Positions 55,777 through 64,000 of a stretch of 64,000 nt of DNA are shown here, one piece after another (within the stretch, counting starts at the first letter, position 1; the number at the start of each line of letters is the position of its first letter). A program made the position numbers and the translations under genes. The stretch lies in the IMG/VR virus record IMGVR_UViG_3300025769_011517; one strand, given 5' to 3'. The stretch comes from an uncultured virus (IMG/VR IMGVR_UViG_3300025769_011517) (Duplodnaviria > Heunggongvirae > Uroviricota > Caudoviricetes). The notes beneath the pieces were generated by a model that had not been told where the DNA came from, did not search any database, and saw only the letters and a program-made list of their open reading frames with translations.

Positions 55777-56499
55777 TTAAGGTACGTCTATAACAAACCC
55801 ACGACGAACGTCAGACAGGTGACCGTGGGCCGAGTACTTCTCTAGGTCTTCGTGTAGGTTCGGCATGAAAACACCGCCTGCAGGAATGTCCATGTCTTGC
55901 CAAACGGGCGTAATGCGTGTACCGACAGGAAGGTCCTCAAATGGATCATTACCGTGACGTAAATGAATTTCAGTAATAAACCCTGACCGAGTTTCGATGT
56001 TGATACCGTTGACAGGTAAGTCAACAAGGTTGATAAAATGGGAGCACTCATGAATATCAGAAACATCTGTTTCAGGTAGTCTTTCCCAATGACTAAACCT
56101 AGTCAAGTTCTCGTCGCTTGAATGAAACCCTTCCCATGCTGATACGGTATGCCAGCCACCTTCAGAATCTTTTTGAAAGTCAATAGAAAGGTGTGGGCCA
56201 TCTAGCCACTCGCACCAAAAACTACCGGGAGGGACCACGGCATTGTTTAAAAAGTCTTCTTCCATTTGGGAAAGATACAAAAACTTCGTTGCACCAATGC
56301 CCATACCAAAAAGGTTGTAGACGGGTCGGTGAATGTAAAAGCCTTCATATTGTGGAGCGCAGCCAGCGGGTCCTGCTTCTAATCCTTGATGTAACGCAAC
56401 TTCTAACTTATTGAACACCCAACGAACTTCAGGTGCATCTCTGAAACGCTCCCAAGTTGCAAAGTCTTCGTCTTCTTCAACTGTCAAAAAATCCGTCAT
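55777..56499 (-). CDS. Conserved phage protein, possibly ATP-grasp-like
   Basis: WVFNKL..AGPAG..RPVYNLFGMG..FWCEWLDGPHLSIDF..INIE..ITEIHLR. Confidence 0.55.
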   Translation of the reverse strand: MTDFLTVEEDEDFATWERFRDAPEVRWVFNKLEVALHQGLEAGPAGCAPQYEGFYIHRPVYNLFGMGIGATKFLYLSQMEEDFLNNAVVPPGSFWCEWLDGPHLSIDFQKDSEGGWHTVSAWEGFHSSDENLTRFSHWERLPETDVSDIHECSHFINLVDLPVNGINIETRSGFITEIHLRHGNDPFEDLPVGTRITPVWQDMDIPAGGVFMPNLHEDLEKYSAHGHLSDVRRGFVIDVP

Positions 56500-56849
56500 G
56501 TTGAAATATTCCTTAGTTGTTGTGCATCAAGAAACACTGTCGCTGTACCGTTTACAAGTTCAACTTGGTCTAGCGGGACCCCAACCTTAGAAGCCAAAGT
56601 TGCTTTAATCTTCAGCTCATCCATCGGATCATAATCAACCCAAGGCGCTACATCCGCAAATGGGTCCACGACAGCAGGGGGTGGCGGAGCAACACAAACT
56701 TTACAGCAAAGTCTATCTTCATTAACTTTAGGCTTGCGCTTAGTCTCTACTGTGTGAGAGCACTCAAGCTCAACATGCCAAATAGTATTACCGTATTCGC
56801 CAAATTTCACGGCGTTAGTGACAGTACGCTTAGGGCCTCGTTTACTCAT
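56496..56849 (-). CDS. Hypothetical zinc-finger protein
   Basis: LECSH..CCKVC; TAGAAT-6 nt-ATG. Confidence 0.6.
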   Translation of the reverse strand: MSKRGPKRTVTNAVKFGEYGNTIWHVELECSHTVETKRKPKVNEDRLCCKVCVAPPPPAVVDPFADVAPWVDYDPMDELKIKATLASKVGVPLDQVELVNGTATVFLDAQQLRNIST

Positions 56850-56870
56850 AGGTTTATTCTATCCGCTCAC

Positions 56871-56899
56871 TTGACTTCGTTCCACCTAAACCGTAGAAT
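56871..56899 (+). promoter_or_regulatory. Sigma-A-type promoter of recA, probably leaderless
   Basis: TTGACT-17 nt-TAGAAT-6 nt-ATG(56906). Confidence 0.8.
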
Positions 56900-56905
56900 A
56901 CAAAC

Positions 56906-57880
56906 ATGGATAAAGATAAACTTCTCGAAGATGCTCTAGGACAAATTGAAAAGCAGTTTGGCGCTGGAAGCATCATGCGTCTAGGCGACGCTGCTTCAAT
57001 GCAAATTGAAACGATTTCAACCGGCTCTATCGCTCTTGACTTGGCGCTAGGGGTTGGAGGTGTTCCTCGTGGACGAGTCACCGAAATCTACGGACCTGAG
57101 TCTTCTGGCAAGACAACCATTGCCCTGCATGTGATTGCAGAAGCCCAAAAGAAAGGTGGCAAGTGTGCATTCATTGATGCGGAGCACGCCCTAGACCCTG
57201 TGTATGCTAAAGCAATCGGATGCGACATTGACAATCTTTTGGTTGCACAGCCAGACACAGGTGAGCAAGCCCTGACCATTACTAACAAGCTGATTGAATC
57301 AGGCGCTCTAGACGTAGTAGTTGTAGACTCAGTTGCTGCGCTCACTCCTCGTGCCGAGATTGAAGGCGAAATGGGAGACAGCCACGTTGGCCTGCACGCT
57401 CGTCTGATGTCGCAGGCGATGCGAAAGATTGTAGCTAACCTTAATCACTCTAAGACAACCCTTATCATGATTAACCAGTTGCGTGAAAAAATTGGTGTCA
57501 TGTTCGGTTCTCCTGAAGTAACCACTGGCGGCAAGGCACTCAAGTTCTATGCGTCAGTTCGGATGGACATTCGTCGTATCGAAACGCTGAAGGACGGTGG
57601 CGAAGCATCTGGCAATAAGACACGAGTCAAGGTTGTCAAGAACAAGTGTGCTCCTCCTTTCCGTCAGGCAGAGTTTGAAATTGCATACGGTGAAGGAATC
57701 AGCCGTACCGGAGACATCGTGGACATTGCTGCTGAGATGGGTATCCTTGACAAGAAGGGCGCATGGTACGCCTACAAAGGCGAGAACATTGGACAGGGCC
57801 GTGCCAATACCAAAGCTTTCTTGGATGAAAACGAGCAAATCCGAGAGACAATCGCAGATACCATCTACGCAACAATTTGA
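56906..57880 (+). CDS. recA: Recombinase RecA
   Basis: [66 protein letters not shown]. Confidence 0.98.
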   Translation: MDKDKLLEDALGQIEKQFGAGSIMRLGDAASMQIETISTGSIALDLALGVGGVPRGRVTEIYGPESSGKTTIALHVIAEAQKKGGKCAFIDAEHALDPVYAKAIGCDIDNLLVAQPDTGEQALTITNKLIESGALDVVVVDSVAALTPRAEIEGEMGDSHVGLHARLMSQAMRKIVANLNHSKTTLIMINQLREKIGVMFGSPEVTTGGKALKFYASVRMDIRRIETLKDGGEASGNKTRVKVVKNKCAPPFRQAEFEIAYGEGISRTGDIVDIAAEMGILDKKGAWYAYKGENIGQGRANTKAFLDENEQIRETIADTIYATI

Positions 57881-57905
57881 CAAACGCTACCATATGTAGT
57901 ATCCT
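57877..57905 (+). promoter_or_regulatory. Sigma-A-type promoter
   Basis: TTGACA-17 nt-TATCCT. Confidence 0.65.
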
Positions 57906-57929
57906 TGCTGAGCAAAGAAGGAGAAGCAT

Positions 57930-58235
57930 ATGGCTTTGAAAAAAAGTAAACAACCTGTCGGCCCTCCTCAAGGATGGGTCATTAGCGAAGAGTATCAAAT
58001 CTCTAGTCAGATCACACTTGGCAAGGGCGATGTGTGCAAGATCAAAGGCGAGCGTGGAACGTTTGTTTTCAAACGCCACGTTGTAAACACTAACCTAACG
58101 CCTGCTAGTGAATGGATTGACCTGTGGGGTGGCTCACATGGCCACGGCCAGTGGAGATCGATTACTCCTGATAGACTGAAGCACATTCCTACTAAGCGTC
58201 GTAGGGCAAAGAAAAACCCCCAGTCACAATCGTGA
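57930..58235 (+). CDS. Hypothetical basic protein
   Basis: AAGGAG RBS; KIKGERGTFVFKRHV..EWIDLWGG. Confidence 0.7.
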   Translation: MALKKSKQPVGPPQGWVISEEYQISSQITLGKGDVCKIKGERGTFVFKRHVVNTNLTPASEWIDLWGGSHGHGQWRSITPDRLKHIPTKRRRAKKNPQSQS

Positions 58236-58252
58236 CCGGGGGTCTTCTTGTT
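58208..58252. terminator. Bidirectional terminator between convergent genes
   Basis: A-tract, acccccagtcac-aatc-gtgaccgggggt, T-rich tail. Confidence 0.7.
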
Positions 58253-58345
58253 AGTGGGTTGACACAAAAGGAGCAAAAGGCCATCCCCCAACAGTCTTAG
58301 TTTACAGTATCGCTTGTAGTTGGATCAAGCGATGCTTAACACAAC

Positions 58346-58543
58346 TTAGACGAGTGAAGCGGATGACTTGTCGCCAACTTTGGTGGCGGCAAATGACTTC
58401 AGTACTGAAAGGGCAGCAGCTAGGCCAGCGGCAGCAGCACCCTTGGCTGATGACATATCCGTAACAACAAACATCGCAGCGAAAGCCTGAATGAATGTCA
58501 TAGCAGCACGTTCAGCAACCTGCTTGTACATGTTCATATCCAT
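58346..58543 (-). CDS. Holin (r1t-like)
   Basis: AERAAMTFIQAF..AAALSVLKS, two hydrophobic helices. Confidence 0.75.
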   Translation of the reverse strand: MDMNMYKQVAERAAMTFIQAFAAMFVVTDMSSAKGAAAAGLAAALSVLKSFAATKVGDKSSASLV

Positions 58544-58646
58544 TTACAATTCTCCTTGTTAGGGGATACTTAAAAGGCTATTTGCCTCTTAAATATTGTA
58601 CCATACAGTCGTCATGCCCCCAAAAGAACCTTTATAGAAACTTTAG

Positions 58647-58901
58647 TTAACTTTTCTTGGGCTGGGTCATGCTAAATGCAGCGTCAATCTCATCGGCAGT
58701 GATCTTTCCGTCATCAGCATACGCTGCGGCGAGCTTCTGAATAACAGTCGCAGCAGAGGTAGCACCTGCCAAAACGGCAGCCTTCCACGGATCAATACCA
58801 CCAATAAGACTAGAGCTACCAACAATAGCCATAGCATTCATTGCAAACACCGCCGCAATGCGGCCCAAGGTGTTCCACACAAGTTGATTAGTTGCTTTCA
58901 T
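58647..58901 (-). CDS. Holin-like membrane protein
   Basis: Two hydrophobic segments, C-terminal DDGKITADEIDAAF; start MKATN. Confidence 0.6.
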   Translation of the reverse strand: MKATNQLVWNTLGRIAAVFAMNAMAIVGSSSLIGGIDPWKAAVLAGATSAATVIQKLAAAYADDGKITADEIDAAFSMTQPKKS

Positions 58902-59109
58902 TTTCTCTCTCATCATCTACATAGTCTAATACAGTACCCATTAGATGCAGTGCAAGACCCGCAAGAGAAATATATATTCCCTGACGTAACGTGGTCGATG
59001 ACAAGGTGATCAACACCAACCCTGTACCTGCTAATGTCCATCCGAGGTAAAGCATTTCTCTACCCATACGACGGACGGCCCCTACTGCTAGTTTGATTAT
59101 TTTTTTCAT
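58888..59109 (-). CDS. Small membrane protein
   Basis: AAGGAGG RBS, MKKIIK start, two hydrophobic segments. Confidence 0.7.
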   Translation of the reverse strand: MKKIIKLAVGAVRRMGREMLYLGWTLAGTGLVLITLSSTTLRQGIYISLAGLALHLMGTVLDYVDDERENESN

Positions 59110-59120
59110 GGTGCCTCCTT

Positions 59121-61196
59121 TCACCGAGACCTTCTTCTAGAATTACCCTTTTTACCTTTACCTCCACCGGAGTCGCCTCCGGGGCCTCCTCCTCCGCCAC
59201 CACCGGAAGGACCGCCACCGCCGCCACCGGCAGGACCAGCAGATGTCGCAGCAGTGGCTACAGTCACGGCTGCGGCGGCAGCAACAACAGTACGACGAGT
59301 TTCTGTATCAACCACAGAACCCTCAGCGATGTATTCATTGAAAGCCTCGTCGTCAAAGATATCTACAGTCTCTTCAAACTCTGCCTTAACTTCGTCGTCC
59401 GCTTCGTTAACGGCAGCGACGAGAACAACTTTGGCATCGTCAGAGATGTTGTCAAAGTTTTCGTCAGTCACAAGGCTTTTGATTTCTTCCGTGGTGATTT
59501 CACCGTCAACGACATTCAAGAAATCTTCCGCAAGTTCCTCATCAAGCTCGTCTAGTTGTTCCACAACTTTGACTTCTGCTTCATCAACCTCAAGCAATTC
59601 AACGCCTTGAGTATCAATACCGAGTTCCTCAAACTCCACTTTAGTTTCAGCGGCTTTTTCTTCTTCAGGTGTCGGTGGAATGGTCGTTATTACCGGCAGC
59701 GTCGTCGTTGTCGTCGTTGGCGGCAGCGTTGTTGTCGTGCTTGTTGTAGTTGTAGTACTTGTTGTTGAAGAAGTAGTCGTAGTTGGGGTTACCGTAGTCG
59801 TCGTAGGCGGTAGGGTTGTAGTCGTTGATGTTGTCGTCGTAGTGGTAGATGGCGGTGCCTCCGTCGTTGTAGTTGTAGGCGCTACCGTCGTCGTAGTTGT
59901 AGGCGGCAACGTCGTTGTTGTCGTTACAGGTATTGTAGTGGTTGTGGTCGTGGTTGGAGGCAAGGTCGTAGTAGTTGTTGTCGTCGTGGTCGTCGTTGTG
60001 GTCGGGGGAACGGTGGTTGTCGTCGTGGTAGTCGGAGGAGTACCTTCTGAAACTTGAATTTCCATCGTCTCTCCAACATGACAATCGTTCTCAGAACCGC
60101 AAGCAAGAATGTTAAAGAACCACGTCGCACTACCTAGGTCATCATAAGCAACCGTGTGAGAAGTCGAAGAAATGGTTTGAGTATAAGTAATGTTAGACTC
60201 ATCTATTTCCCACGGATTACCAAGTTGGTTCCAAGCGATCTTGTAATGCGCAGGATCGACAAAACCGTCACTAGAAGCATCCCAACTAAATGTGATGTCG
60301 CCAGTAGCGTCATCCCGTTCGTAAGTCTGGTTGTCAACTATGTCGGGCATATTCATGATGGAGATGGAGGCAACAGATGTCCAATTAGAGTACAAAGCGT
60401 TAGTGTCGTTATCCGAGCGAACATTAACGTTGAACAAACCGTGTGCTTCGTTGAACAACTGCTCTATGTAAGAAGCGTTGAACGTATACTCGGTAACGAG
60501 AGCGTTCTCATCTCCAACGTTACCAGTAGCAACGCCATACGGTCCAGCGTTCCCGTCGTCATTCAGACCAAACCCAATAGCGTAACGTTCTGGATCAACG
60601 TTTCCGTCAGTTGGTGCATCCCAATCAGCCTTCACCGTACCGTTGTAGTAGTCAACGGTTAAAGTCAAATTGGTAGGATCGCCTATAGTTTGAGGAATTG
60701 TCGTCGTGGTCGTTGTGGTGGTTGTAGTGGTTGTGGTCGTGGTTGTGGGTATACTGTCTGAAGTTAAAGACAGATCAGCAACTATTTCATAGTCATAACC
60801 AGACGGGTTCGAACCCAAGCCACGCAAACTGCAGCAATAGCCAGCCCTAATTCTGTAATCTCCAGCATTTAGGGTGGTATAAATCTTTGACGAAACACAC
60901 TGATCAGCGAAGTTGTGGTTACCGTCGTCGTTTTGCGCAACTAACGCTCCAGTAGATTCGGGACCGTCTTCGTATACCCATAAATAGGGGTCTGCGCCGG
61001 GTTCTGAGCATGACCTGTTTGAATTACCATAGATAATGACTTGAGTCCCGTCATTATCAATTGAAAAGTACCAGTCAGATTCTTCGGTGACTGTGTATGT
61101 GGCGGCGGCTGCAGGTACAGGAGAAAACCACGCTAAAGCAAAAACCCACACAAGAGAAGCTTTAGCTGCACGCCTAAAATGTCTACCTCGACTCAT
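59121..61196 (-). CDS. Exported Thr-rich (mucin-like) surface protein with FN3-like domains
   Basis: Signal-peptide-like N-terminus ending PAAAA; DPYLWVY..QNDDG domain; two FN3-like domains; poly-Thr tracts; C-terminal Ala/Val segment, Gly run and basic tail. Confidence 0.75.
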   Translation of the reverse strand: MSRGRHFRRAAKASLVWVFALAWFSPVPAAAATYTVTEESDWYFSIDNDGTQVIIYGNSNRSCSEPGADPYLWVYEDGPESTGALVAQNDDGNHNFADQCVSSKIYTTLNAGDYRIRAGYCCSLRGLGSNPSGYDYEIVADLSLTSDSIPTTTTTTTTTTTTTTTTIPQTIGDPTNLTLTVDYYNGTVKADWDAPTDGNVDPERYAIGFGLNDDGNAGPYGVATGNVGDENALVTEYTFNASYIEQLFNEAHGLFNVNVRSDNDTNALYSNWTSVASISIMNMPDIVDNQTYERDDATGDITFSWDASSDGFVDPAHYKIAWNQLGNPWEIDESNITYTQTISSTSHTVAYDDLGSATWFFNILACGSENDCHVGETMEIQVSEGTPPTTTTTTTVPPTTTTTTTTTTTTTLPPTTTTTTTIPVTTTTTLPPTTTTTVAPTTTTTEAPPSTTTTTTSTTTTLPPTTTTVTPTTTTSSTTSTTTTTSTTTTLPPTTTTTTLPVITTIPPTPEEEKAAETKVEFEELGIDTQGVELLEVDEAEVKVVEQLDELDEELAEDFLNVVDGEITTEEIKSLVTDENFDNISDDAKVVLVAAVNEADDEVKAEFEETVDIFDDEAFNEYIAEGSVVDTETRRTVVAAAAAVTVATAATSAGPAGGGGGGPSGGGGGGGPGGDSGGGKGKKGNSRRRSR

Positions 61197-61279
61197 AATA
61201 TCTCCACAAAACAGCACTTAACATTTATTGTACAAGGAAAGCCCTTGCTTGATTTGCGGAAAGTGGTATAATACCAAGT

Positions 61280-61498
61280 ATGCCGAACTATACTTACTCG
61301 TGCCCCACTTGCGGCACCTTTGAAATATTCCAGAAAATGTCTGATGACAGCCTGACCGAGTGCCCAACTTGTTCAAGTTCGGTCAAAAAGATTTACAGCG
61401 CCCCAGGCTTTGTAGGCATGCCAAACGGACCAAAAGATACTGCTCCTGCCTACAACTCGGAGAGATCAGCTCTTTGGAATTCAGCACAGGCAGAGTAA
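61280..61498 (+). CDS. FmdB-family zinc ribbon protein
   Basis: MPNYTYSCPTCGTFEIFQKMSDDSLTECPTC..KKIYSAPG. Confidence 0.85.
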   Translation: MPNYTYSCPTCGTFEIFQKMSDDSLTECPTCSSSVKKIYSAPGFVGMPNGPKDTAPAYNSERSALWNSAQAE

Positions 61499-61499
61499 C

Positions 61500-62129
61500 A
61501 TGGCCAGAATCACTTTTCTCACAGGAACAATGGCCTCTGGTAAAACCACCCACCTGCTACAAACGCATTTCAACATTGAAGCAGCATTTCCAACACAAGT
61601 GCTATTAGTAAATCGAAACGACCGCATGGGTTCATCTATCTGTTCTAGCAGAATGGGTGGAATGACAGTCTGCGAAACAATAAACACAGACGACTCTTTA
61701 GTCTCTTTGATAGATAACCACAACCATAATAACCAAACATCTATCAAGTACCTATTCGTAGATGAAGCACAGTTTTTAACTAGTCAACAAGTTGACGATC
61801 TGGTTGAACTAGCTGATCTTAAAGATATTGAAATCTACGCTTACGGTCTACTAACAAACTTTAAAGGACGCCTGTTCTCTGCGTCGCAACGGCTGATTGA
61901 AGTTTGTGACAGATTAATTCAACTAGATAATGGGGTACGGTGTTGGTGCGGTAATCCCGCCACGCACAATGCACTATTTATTTCGGGCGAGCCGCACGTA
62001 GAAGGAGCAGACGAAGTAGTTGACGCTAGCGACATGGTTGAATATCGGGTCATGTGCAGAAAGCACTTTACCTCACACCGGAACCATCAATCAAAGGTTA
62101 GCAGTAAAGTGAATCGTACCATCGTCTAA
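61500..62129 (+). CDS. tdk: Thymidine kinase
   Basis: GTMASGKTT, SSRMG, FVDEAQFL, YGLLTNF, CWCG, YRVMCRKH. Confidence 0.92.
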   Translation: MARITFLTGTMASGKTTHLLQTHFNIEAAFPTQVLLVNRNDRMGSSICSSRMGGMTVCETINTDDSLVSLIDNHNHNNQTSIKYLFVDEAQFLTSQQVDDLVELADLKDIEIYAYGLLTNFKGRLFSASQRLIEVCDRLIQLDNGVRCWCGNPATHNALFISGEPHVEGADEVVDASDMVEYRVMCRKHFTSHRNHQSKVSSKVNRTIV

Positions 62130-62297
62130 CTGTTGAGCTTCAATAGACAAGCCTTCAAATAGTACGCTAACCACGTTGAGCATGTCGTCACGAGTCTCTT
62201 GTTCTTCCCCTTCTTCAGGGTCGTATAAATCAACAAGAGTGTCTACAAAATAGTCGTAAAGGGCTTGCATAGCCTCATCAGAGTTTCTAATCACCAT
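62091..62297 (-). CDS. Small acidic hypothetical protein
   Basis: TAAACT-6 nt-ATG; acidic composition like other genes here. Confidence 0.6.
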   Translation of the reverse strand: MVIRNSDEAMQALYDYFVDTLVDLYDPEEGEEQETRDDMLNVVSVLFEGLSIEAQQLDDGTIHFTANL

Positions 62298-62351
62298 CAT
62301 TTTAGTTTATTGTTATCTTCTTTCAGAATCAAGCAATCCGACAATTTGGTC

Positions 62352-62380
62352 TTGACAGACATGTGAGTACAGAGTAGTAT
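62352..62380 (+). promoter_or_regulatory. Sigma-A-type promoter of ssb
   Basis: TTGACA-17 nt-TAGTAT. Confidence 0.75.
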
Positions 62381-62419
62381 ATGGACATCTGTACATAGTC
62401 AACATGATAGGAGAAGATA

Positions 62420-62851
62420 ATGAGCAATGCAGATATTACAGTAACCGGTAACGTTACCGCCGACCCCGAACTGAAGTTTGCCTCCAACGGCAACGCACGT
62501 TTGTCGTTTTCAATTGCGTCAAACAAGCGCTTTCAGGTCAACGGCGAGTGGCAGGAAGAAACGAGTTTCTTCAACGTAGTGGCGTGGCGAGGAATCGCAG
62601 AAATGGCCGCTAACGTGCTAGAGAAGGGCACGCCCGTAGTTATCAAGGGCCGACTGGAACAGCGCTCGTGGGAGAACGCAGAAGGCGAAAAGCGTTCAAC
62701 TGTCGAAATCGTTGCTGACACCGTTGCTGTCAATACCATCGGAATTGAAAGCCTGGAGCGCCGCCGTGGCGGTGGAGGTGGCGGCTCAAGCCGTCCTGCG
62801 CCTCGCCAGAAGGCGACAGTTCCTAGCAGCGATCCCTTTGAGGATTTCTGA
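62420..62851 (+). CDS. ssb: Single-stranded DNA-binding protein
   Basis: GNVTADPELKF..FFNVVAW..VVIKGRLEQRSWE..KRSTVEIVAD, acidic tail DPFEDF. Confidence 0.95.
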   Translation: MSNADITVTGNVTADPELKFASNGNARLSFSIASNKRFQVNGEWQEETSFFNVVAWRGIAEMAANVLEKGTPVVIKGRLEQRSWENAEGEKRSTVEIVADTVAVNTIGIESLERRRGGGGGGSSRPAPRQKATVPSSDPFEDF

Positions 62852-62875
62852 TAGCCACCTAGCAGAAAGGAGTAC

Positions 62876-62903
62876 AGCCCCCCGAAAGGGGGGCTTCTTC
62901 TTT
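62876..62903 (+). terminator. Terminator after ssb
   Basis: agcccccc-gaaa-ggggggct then tcttcttt. Confidence 0.88.
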
Positions 62904-62907
62904 GGTA

Positions 62908-62936
62908 TTGACATTTACTAAAAAGGAGTGTAGTCT
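62908..62936 (+). promoter_or_regulatory. Sigma-A-type promoter, probably leaderless
   Basis: TTGACA-17 nt-TAGTCT-6 nt-ATG(62943). Confidence 0.75.
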
Positions 62937-62942
62937 GTAAGC

Positions 62943-63410
62943 ATGGACAAGAATGAATGCAAAAGCGCAGTTGAGCTACTGAGCGTGACATGGAACCAGT
63001 CACTAGACAATGCCTCGTTAACCATCAGAATGAAAGGCTACTGGGAATACATTAGCGACCTAGACTACGAGGCAGTAAGAGACACTATCAAAGAGATGGG
63101 TATCTCAGGCAAGAAGTGGCTACCCCGGCCCGGAGAACTTCGAACTATTGTTTTGGCAAAGATTAACGGAGAAGAACTTCCTCCTGAACCTGAAGAAGCG
63201 TGGACAGTACTTCAAGCTATTGGGCAAAAGATTTATAGCGGCACGTATGATTACAACAAGCCCCATCCCGTTCTGGCAGAAACCATCAAACGGTTGGGCA
63301 CAAACGCTACCGCATTGACAACCAACGCAGATCGTGCTATGTTTATCTCTTTGTACGAGAAGACACGAGAAGCGTGGATACTAGAAAGGTACGGTTATGG
63401 AACCGATTGA
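62943..63410 (+). CDS. Helicase loader/inhibitor (G39P-like)
   Basis: YWEYISDLDYEAV..WLPRPGELR..EEAW..RAMFISLYE; directly upstream of primase. Confidence 0.6.
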   Translation: MDKNECKSAVELLSVTWNQSLDNASLTIRMKGYWEYISDLDYEAVRDTIKEMGISGKKWLPRPGELRTIVLAKINGEELPPEPEEAWTVLQAIGQKIYSGTYDYNKPHPVLAETIKRLGTNATALTTNADRAMFISLYEKTREAWILERYGYGTD

Positions 63411-64000
63411 TAACGTATTAGCACGGCTAAACAGTAAAAAGTCAGGCAACAATCAGTGGGATGCAACGTGCCCTTGCCGTTCTGACGATGACAATCCTTC
63501 TCTTCGTGTATCTGTAGGCCGTCAGGGACAAGTCCTGATGAAGTGCCTACGGGGCGGAGGGTGCGACCTTAACGAGATTTGTGAATCTATTGACCTTACC
63601 ACGTCGGACCTTTTCCCTAAAGACACTGAAGCCCCCAAGAAGCCTAAGCTAAACCTAGTAGACACCTACCCTTACTACGATGAGGAAGGCTCACTAGTGA
63701 TGGAAGTTCTTAGGTTTGTGGACGAGCGAGGCAAGAAGACTTTTAGGCAGCGTCAGCCTGATGCCAACGGCGGCTGGAACTGGTCAACATCAGACTTGCA
63801 GAAGCCTCTCTATAGGCTTCCTCAGGTGCTCGCCGCTAAAGAAGAAGGCCGACCTATCTATGTTGTTGAAGGTGAGAAAGACGTACACTCACTTGAAGAC
63901 TTAGGGAAGACTGCTACAACAAACCCTGGCGGTGCAGGTGCTGAGGGGCAAAACAAATGGATGGCTCACCACACCGCAGCGCTGGCCGGAGCTAACGTTA
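63397..64000 (+). CDS. DNA primase (zinc-binding plus TOPRIM), partial; not in ORF track
   Basis: Manual translation MEPIDNVLARL..CPCRSDDDNPSL..KC..GC..KTFRQR..LYRLP..YVVEGEKDV..ATTNPGGAG, open to window end. Confidence 0.88.
   Translation, partial: MEPIDNVLARLNSKKSGNNQWDATCPCRSDDDNPSLRVSVGRQGQVLMKCLRGGGCDLNEICESIDLTTSDLFPKDTEAPKKPKLNLVDTYPYYDEEGSLVMEVLRFVDERGKKTFRQRQPDANGGWNWSTSDLQKPLYRLPQVLAAKEEGRPIYVVEGEKDVHSLEDLGKTATTNPGGAGAEGQNKWMAHHTAALAGANV

Noticed and set aside
59254..60662. Poly-Val and D/N/Y-rich ORFs
   Set aside because: Antisense or alternative-frame readings of the poly-Thr tract.
1..64000. tRNA genes, integrase/att site, IS elements, stop-codon recoding
   Set aside because: No cloverleaf or T-loop motif, recombinase or transposase recognised by eye. 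Genes end in TAA, TAG and TGA with intact long ORFs. tRNAscan/ARAGORN would be needed to be certain.

Overview
The whole window is part of a tailed dsDNA phage genome with a contractile tail (sheath and tube present). The host is probably actinobacterial, inferred from WhiB, an r1t-type holin, an FmdB zinc ribbon and many leaderless TANNNT-N6-ATG gene starts. Region 1-41.9 kb (minus strand) holds the baseplate/tail, neck, class II RNR plus AhpC, and an expanded HK97-type head module. TerL lies alone on the plus strand. Region 43-54 kb is a minus-strand block of modification and recombination genes. Region 54-64 kb has a LicD cassette, RecA, holins, a Thr-rich surface protein, TK, SSB and a primase. 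Main highlights: (1) a canonical -1 slippery site (C CCT TTA) predicted to fuse the portal to a start-less MuF ORF; (2) two large multi-enzyme genes among the virion genes, one of 3051 aa (GNAT-like plus HipA-like kinase, very Lys-poor) and one of 955 aa (ART-like, ART, glycosylase-like), each followed by a small partner gene with its own promoter; (3) small modules and E-x-K motifs shared across the head proteins, suggesting a protease-processed capsid-cargo system; (4) an approximately 400-nt highly structured non-coding region with its own sigma-A-type promoter at 54.0-54.5 kb. All family assignments come from motif recognition by eye, not database searches.
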